Assembly (NCBI GenBank): GCA_950097015.1
Contig: CATNEN010000038.1
Location: 186,001 to 250,000 of the forward strand
Reading direction: 5' to 3'
Source: Macrostomum hystrix
Lineage: Eukaryota > Animalia > Platyhelminthes
Length of the DNA stretch: 64,000 nucleotides
Shown here: piece after piece, positions 61,801-64,000 of the stretch
How the letters are laid out: each line of letters opens with the position of its first letter
How positions within the stretch are numbered: position 1 is the first letter of the stretch
The notes under the pieces: model-generated
The model's input: only the letters and a program-made list of their open reading frames with translations
What the model was told of the DNA's origin: nothing
Databases searched by the model: none
Position numbers and translations under genes: made by a program

Positions 61801-62943
61801 CAAGGACACCAGGGAGACAAGAAGACACAGGCCAGACTGTCCGCGAAGGTCTGGTGGCCAGGCATGGTTGGAGAAGCGCGGCGCATGTGCGACACCTGTC
61901 TGCCGTGCCAAGCAGCGAGCCATCGAGCGGCAGTCCCGGCGGCTCCGCTGCAGGCCACGCCGCTGCCGCCGTATGCCTGGCACACTCTGGGCATCGACTT
62001 CACCGGACCGGTGCAAAACCGGCACCTGCTGGTCATTGTGGACCACTTCTCCCGGTATCCAATCGTCATCAGCATGTCGTCCATGACTGCTGAGGCCGTC
62101 ACCAAGCAGCTGCGAAAACTTTTCGCCACGTTCGGCAGGCCGACCCAGCTCGTGTCCGACAACGGGCCGCCGTTCAGTTCGCAAGCGTTCCGCGACTACC
62201 TCGGCAGCAACGGCATCCAGCAGCGTCTCGTCACACCGTACCACCCGGCGGCGAACGGCGTCACGGAACGCGTCAACCGATCAATCAACAAGACCGTCAG
62301 GATCGCCAACATCGAGTCAACAGACTGGCGGGAGGCTCTGGAGGACTGGCTAGAAGCCTACCGCAACACCCCGCATTCGAGCACGGGGTCGACGCCAGCC
62401 GAGCTCATGTTCCAGCGGCAGGTCCAGGACGTCATCCCCAGCGTGCAACAGCGACGCCAGCAGCCGCGCAACCTGGCGTCCATCAGGGCCCGCGACAACG
62501 AGGCCAAGCAGCGGATGGCCCGGTACGCCGACGACCGCCGAAGGGCCGCAAGCCACGACATTAGATCTGGTGACTCGGTGCTACGCAGGCGGAGACCAGC
62601 GGCCAAGACAAAGACACCGTTCGAGCCGGAGCCCTGGACCATCGACGAGGTAAAGGGCAACTCCCTGGTGCTGAGCAGAGGGCGCCAGACCTGCATGCGT
62701 CACATCACGGACCTCAAGCACCTGCCCACAATCGACCAGCCACCGACGCCACCGCCACCAGGCGGGTCAGCGCCACCAATGGAGCCACCAGCGGCAGCGG
62801 CGCCAGCAGCGCCACCAGAGGCGCCTACAGCGCTGCTACCGGCGCCACCCCTGGCGCAGCCACGGACGGCGGGAGGCCGTGCATCGCCGCCGAACGTCTC
62901 GAGGTGCCCACTGCCGCGCGCGTGTAAAATCAGTCGACTGTGA
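58870..62943 (+). CDS. gag-pol polyprotein (Gag with 2 Zn knuckles, protease, RT, RNase H, integrase)
   Basis: CIRCGEPGH..C and CRSCNKVGHLAKAC; LIDSGAT; RT VHDD; DAS..GLGA RNase H; HQGHQG..CLPC; GIDFTGP / SDNGPPF / NGVTER DDE integrase. PR-RT-RH-IN order. First ATG at 58870. Confidence 0.97.
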   Translation: MSVPLHLPPPEPFDTQKEPHNLAARWAEWASRFKCFVTASGISNTQQQREILLYVGGKQLYEAYAELTTPGESLDDLLKAFKGHFSSRHNPVFVRYEFRFCTQQQGESINAWVQRLYRAAEGCDFETQRDPIIRDQIVAGCQSDQLRRRLLQTPNIGLQDALQQARAFESADLQSAAIEARKSDSVNAVRRIERPARLEQPRNSKCIRCGEPGHRTCEAARGKTCRSCNKVGHLAKACLSKPSGSRRVHTITEEQQPEQQGPDDSDSSCEVFSLSPLRKRLPLVKADINGRATDLLIDSGATCNLMDVRTFKAIEGSAAQLVESQKKVFPFGSSKPLTTLGKATLQTTVYDVSARISYIIVKESGTTIIGRQTSEGLGILRIGPSQPTVCQLTEANKLPKSLNTALEAAAAEANDRTLPEQERLANILRAHRQRFEGIGCVKDVEVSIHLREEAVPVCHPPSRVPVHLREAAQRELDEQLAAGIIERVKGPSDWVARMVVVPKSQPGQVRITQDLRDVNKFVVPEKQPIPTFEEVTDEMAGARYFSELDINKAFHQIRVREESRHLLTFSTPKGLMRLTRLCMGFTSASEILQRVMTTVLGGLSGVRWVHDDIIIYARNIKDHNQQLAATLQRLESYNVTLNPAKCRFAVREATFLAMRLSEKGIQPTEDKVSAVQSFRAPKNASEVRSFLGLVAFVSRFIPALADIAKPLRNLTRREAAWTWGAAEDAAFNAVKSSIAASSTLAFFDKQKPTEVIVDASPTGLGAILSQQQPDGSLRPIAYASRALTAVEARYSQTEREALAVKFGCLRFRHYLSGSPGFRVVTDHKPLVHLFKPNSRPPPRIERMALSIQDLVFETTYRPGPSIPSDVLSRQPSGPSAVAAVGESRDTNFINSIAEAATPKGLSLQQIKGATARDEALRAAIAALRGGDWDLRDATLRSLHALKQELSATDGVLLRGHRIVVPEALRQAVLRLAHQGHQGDKKTQARLSAKVWWPGMVGEARRMCDTCLPCQAASHRAAVPAAPLQATPLPPYAWHTLGIDFTGPVQNRHLLVIVDHFSRYPIVISMSSMTAEAVTKQLRKLFATFGRPTQLVSDNGPPFSSQAFRDYLGSNGIQQRLVTPYHPAANGVTERVNRSINKTVRIANIESTDWREALEDWLEAYRNTPHSSTGSTPAELMFQRQVQDVIPSVQQRRQQPRNLASIRARDNEAKQRMARYADDRRRAASHDIRSGDSVLRRRRPAAKTKTPFEPEPWTIDEVKGNSLVLSRGRQTCMRHITDLKHLPTIDQPPTPPPPGGSAPPMEPPAAAAPAAPPEAPTALLPAPPLAQPRTAGGRASPPNVSRCPLPRACKISRL

Positions 62944-63167
62944 CTCTTTTGCGGTACTCAAAAGAACGGTACTCAATATGCCGTTCTAATCACTACTTTC
63001 GCATCATCGTGAACAATACTTGTCATTCATTTGCCATGCCAACAATTTAATACTCACTTTTATTCCTTGTTGGGGGGTGGGAGCGCCTGTTTTACCTTAT
63101 TCAAGTTTCGTCTTTGTGGCCACCCTGCTCGTGTTAATCTCCTATTTTAATTTCATTTTGGGAAGGA

Positions 63168-63376
63168 TGTAAGACTTGCGTACTTGCACTTCGCCCCGCA
63201 TTGCGTCAGCTTGCTCCAGCCAATCAATACCTCTTACGTCTTGTGCGCGCACTCAGCACTTTCAACTCTCACCTGTCGTACCCCCACCCCAATTATCGAT
63301 CCATTAAATATATATTGTCGCCCGCGGGGCAGCGCTCAGTTGAGCATATTTTCGACCACAAATCAAAGACTCTACA
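63168..63376 (+). repeat. 3' LTR
   Basis: Identical to 58643-58851; preceded by a polypurine tract. Confidence 0.97.
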
Positions 63377-63491
63377 GGTTGGTTGTTGGATTTCAGGTGG
63401 GTTGGTTGTTGGGTTTCAGGTGGGTTGGTTGTTGGATTTCAGGTGGGTTGGTTGTTGGGTTTCTGGTGGGTTAGTTGTTGGGTTTCAGGTG
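63377..63491. repeat. ~23-bp GT-rich minisatellite (right part)
   Basis: Same unit as 58195-58642. Confidence 0.93.
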
Positions 63492-63645
63492 ATTTCATGT
63501 AGTTAGATTTTATGCTTTAGGTTTTCAGGTAGCTATCGGTTTAAAATTGCTTGTAGGTTTCCGCGAATGCTGTTAGGTGTCTACTTGCAGTAGCATAGCA
63601 CAGATGCTGTGTTGAAATCTACACATAAATCTATATCTTCATTAG

Positions 63646-64000
63646 CCGCATCGAAGCCGAGCTGTCTAGCGGCAGCTGTCCTACGGCATCCAATCAGAAG
63701 CAAGCGGAGGCTATTGTTCAAAACAGAAGAGCCGCCTTCGGCCTGCAGACCCTGCGCCTCCTGGCCTCTGGCAGCCGGGCCCTGCTTGCCGACCGACCGA
63801 AATCCTGCGCCAGAATGCTGCTGTGCCTGGCCGACCTGTTCCTTCCCGGACAGCCGGTTGCTGGGGACGCTTCGGCTACGGACGCCCGGTCGGCTTTCTG
63901 CCGCGCCCTGGACTCGGTCTCGGCCGCGGCCCTGTCTGGCGGCTCCGCCTATCGACGCGGCTATCGTCGCTGCCTGCGCCAGCTGGGCTCCGGCTTGATC
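63646..64000 (+). CDS. MYBBP1A: MYBBP1A-like exon 8 (partial, runs off window)
   Basis: TTCATTAG acceptor; the phase-2 join gives an open frame RIEAELSSG... to the window end. Confidence 0.7.

Larger units (their letters stand above)
58643..63376 (+). mobile_element. intact Ty3/gypsy (Mag-like) LTR retrotransposon
   Basis: Two identical 209-bp LTRs (TGTA...TACA), TSD GGTTG (58638-58642 / 63377-63381), PBS TGGCATCG.. at 58853, PPT GGGAAGGA at 63160-63167, single gag-pol ORF. Confidence 0.98.
52914..64000 (+). other. MYBBP1A: MYBBP1A / DNA polymerase phi (Pol5)-like nucleolar protein gene, 5' part
   Basis: Exons 52914-53069, 54733-54855, 54950-55039, 55776-55967, 56416-56538, 57051-57143, 57624-58153, 63646->64000 are phase-consistent. 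F...FWKL......ER.AA..LL and YTLERLFKGLAG......GFSLALALLL match the MYBBP1A N-terminus (FWD and YALKRL..GL......R..SLALAQLL). Confidence 0.85.

Noticed and set aside
59058-62696. Antisense and alternate-frame ORFs within gag-pol
   Set aside because: Shadow ORFs from GC-rich codon usage; no recognisable domains.

Overview
Eukaryotic (metazoan) genomic DNA. GC-rich polyQ-containing exons with minisatellite-filled introns suggest a flatworm such as Macrostomum; this is an inference from sequence style, not a database match. Four spliced genes were reconstructed by hand from splice signals and reading phase: (1) the N-terminal part of a TRPM (TRPM2-like) channel on the minus strand, apparently continuing past the left edge and with one GC-AG intron; (2) an OTUD7/Cezanne-family deubiquitinase on the plus strand; (3) an LRCH (LRR plus calponin-homology) gene on the minus strand; (4) the 5' part of a MYBBP1A/Pol5-like gene on the plus strand, running off the right edge. 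There is also an intronless ORF for a secreted six-cysteine peptide, bracketed by ~115-bp direct repeats. Mobile DNA includes an intact, very young Ty3/gypsy (Mag-like) LTR retrotransposon with identical 209-bp LTRs and a 5-bp TSD, three tRNA-derived SINE families (one CORE-like), several MITE/foldback elements, and a LINE-fragment mosaic with a degenerate 2A motif. About 24 tandem arrays (mostly 17-71 bp units) are present. Most lie in introns, many start near the 5' splice site, and about ten carry the CAG|GT splice-junction pentamer. The long repetitive ORFs in the ORF track are artefacts of these arrays. No CRISPR array, rRNA or bona fide tRNA gene was found.
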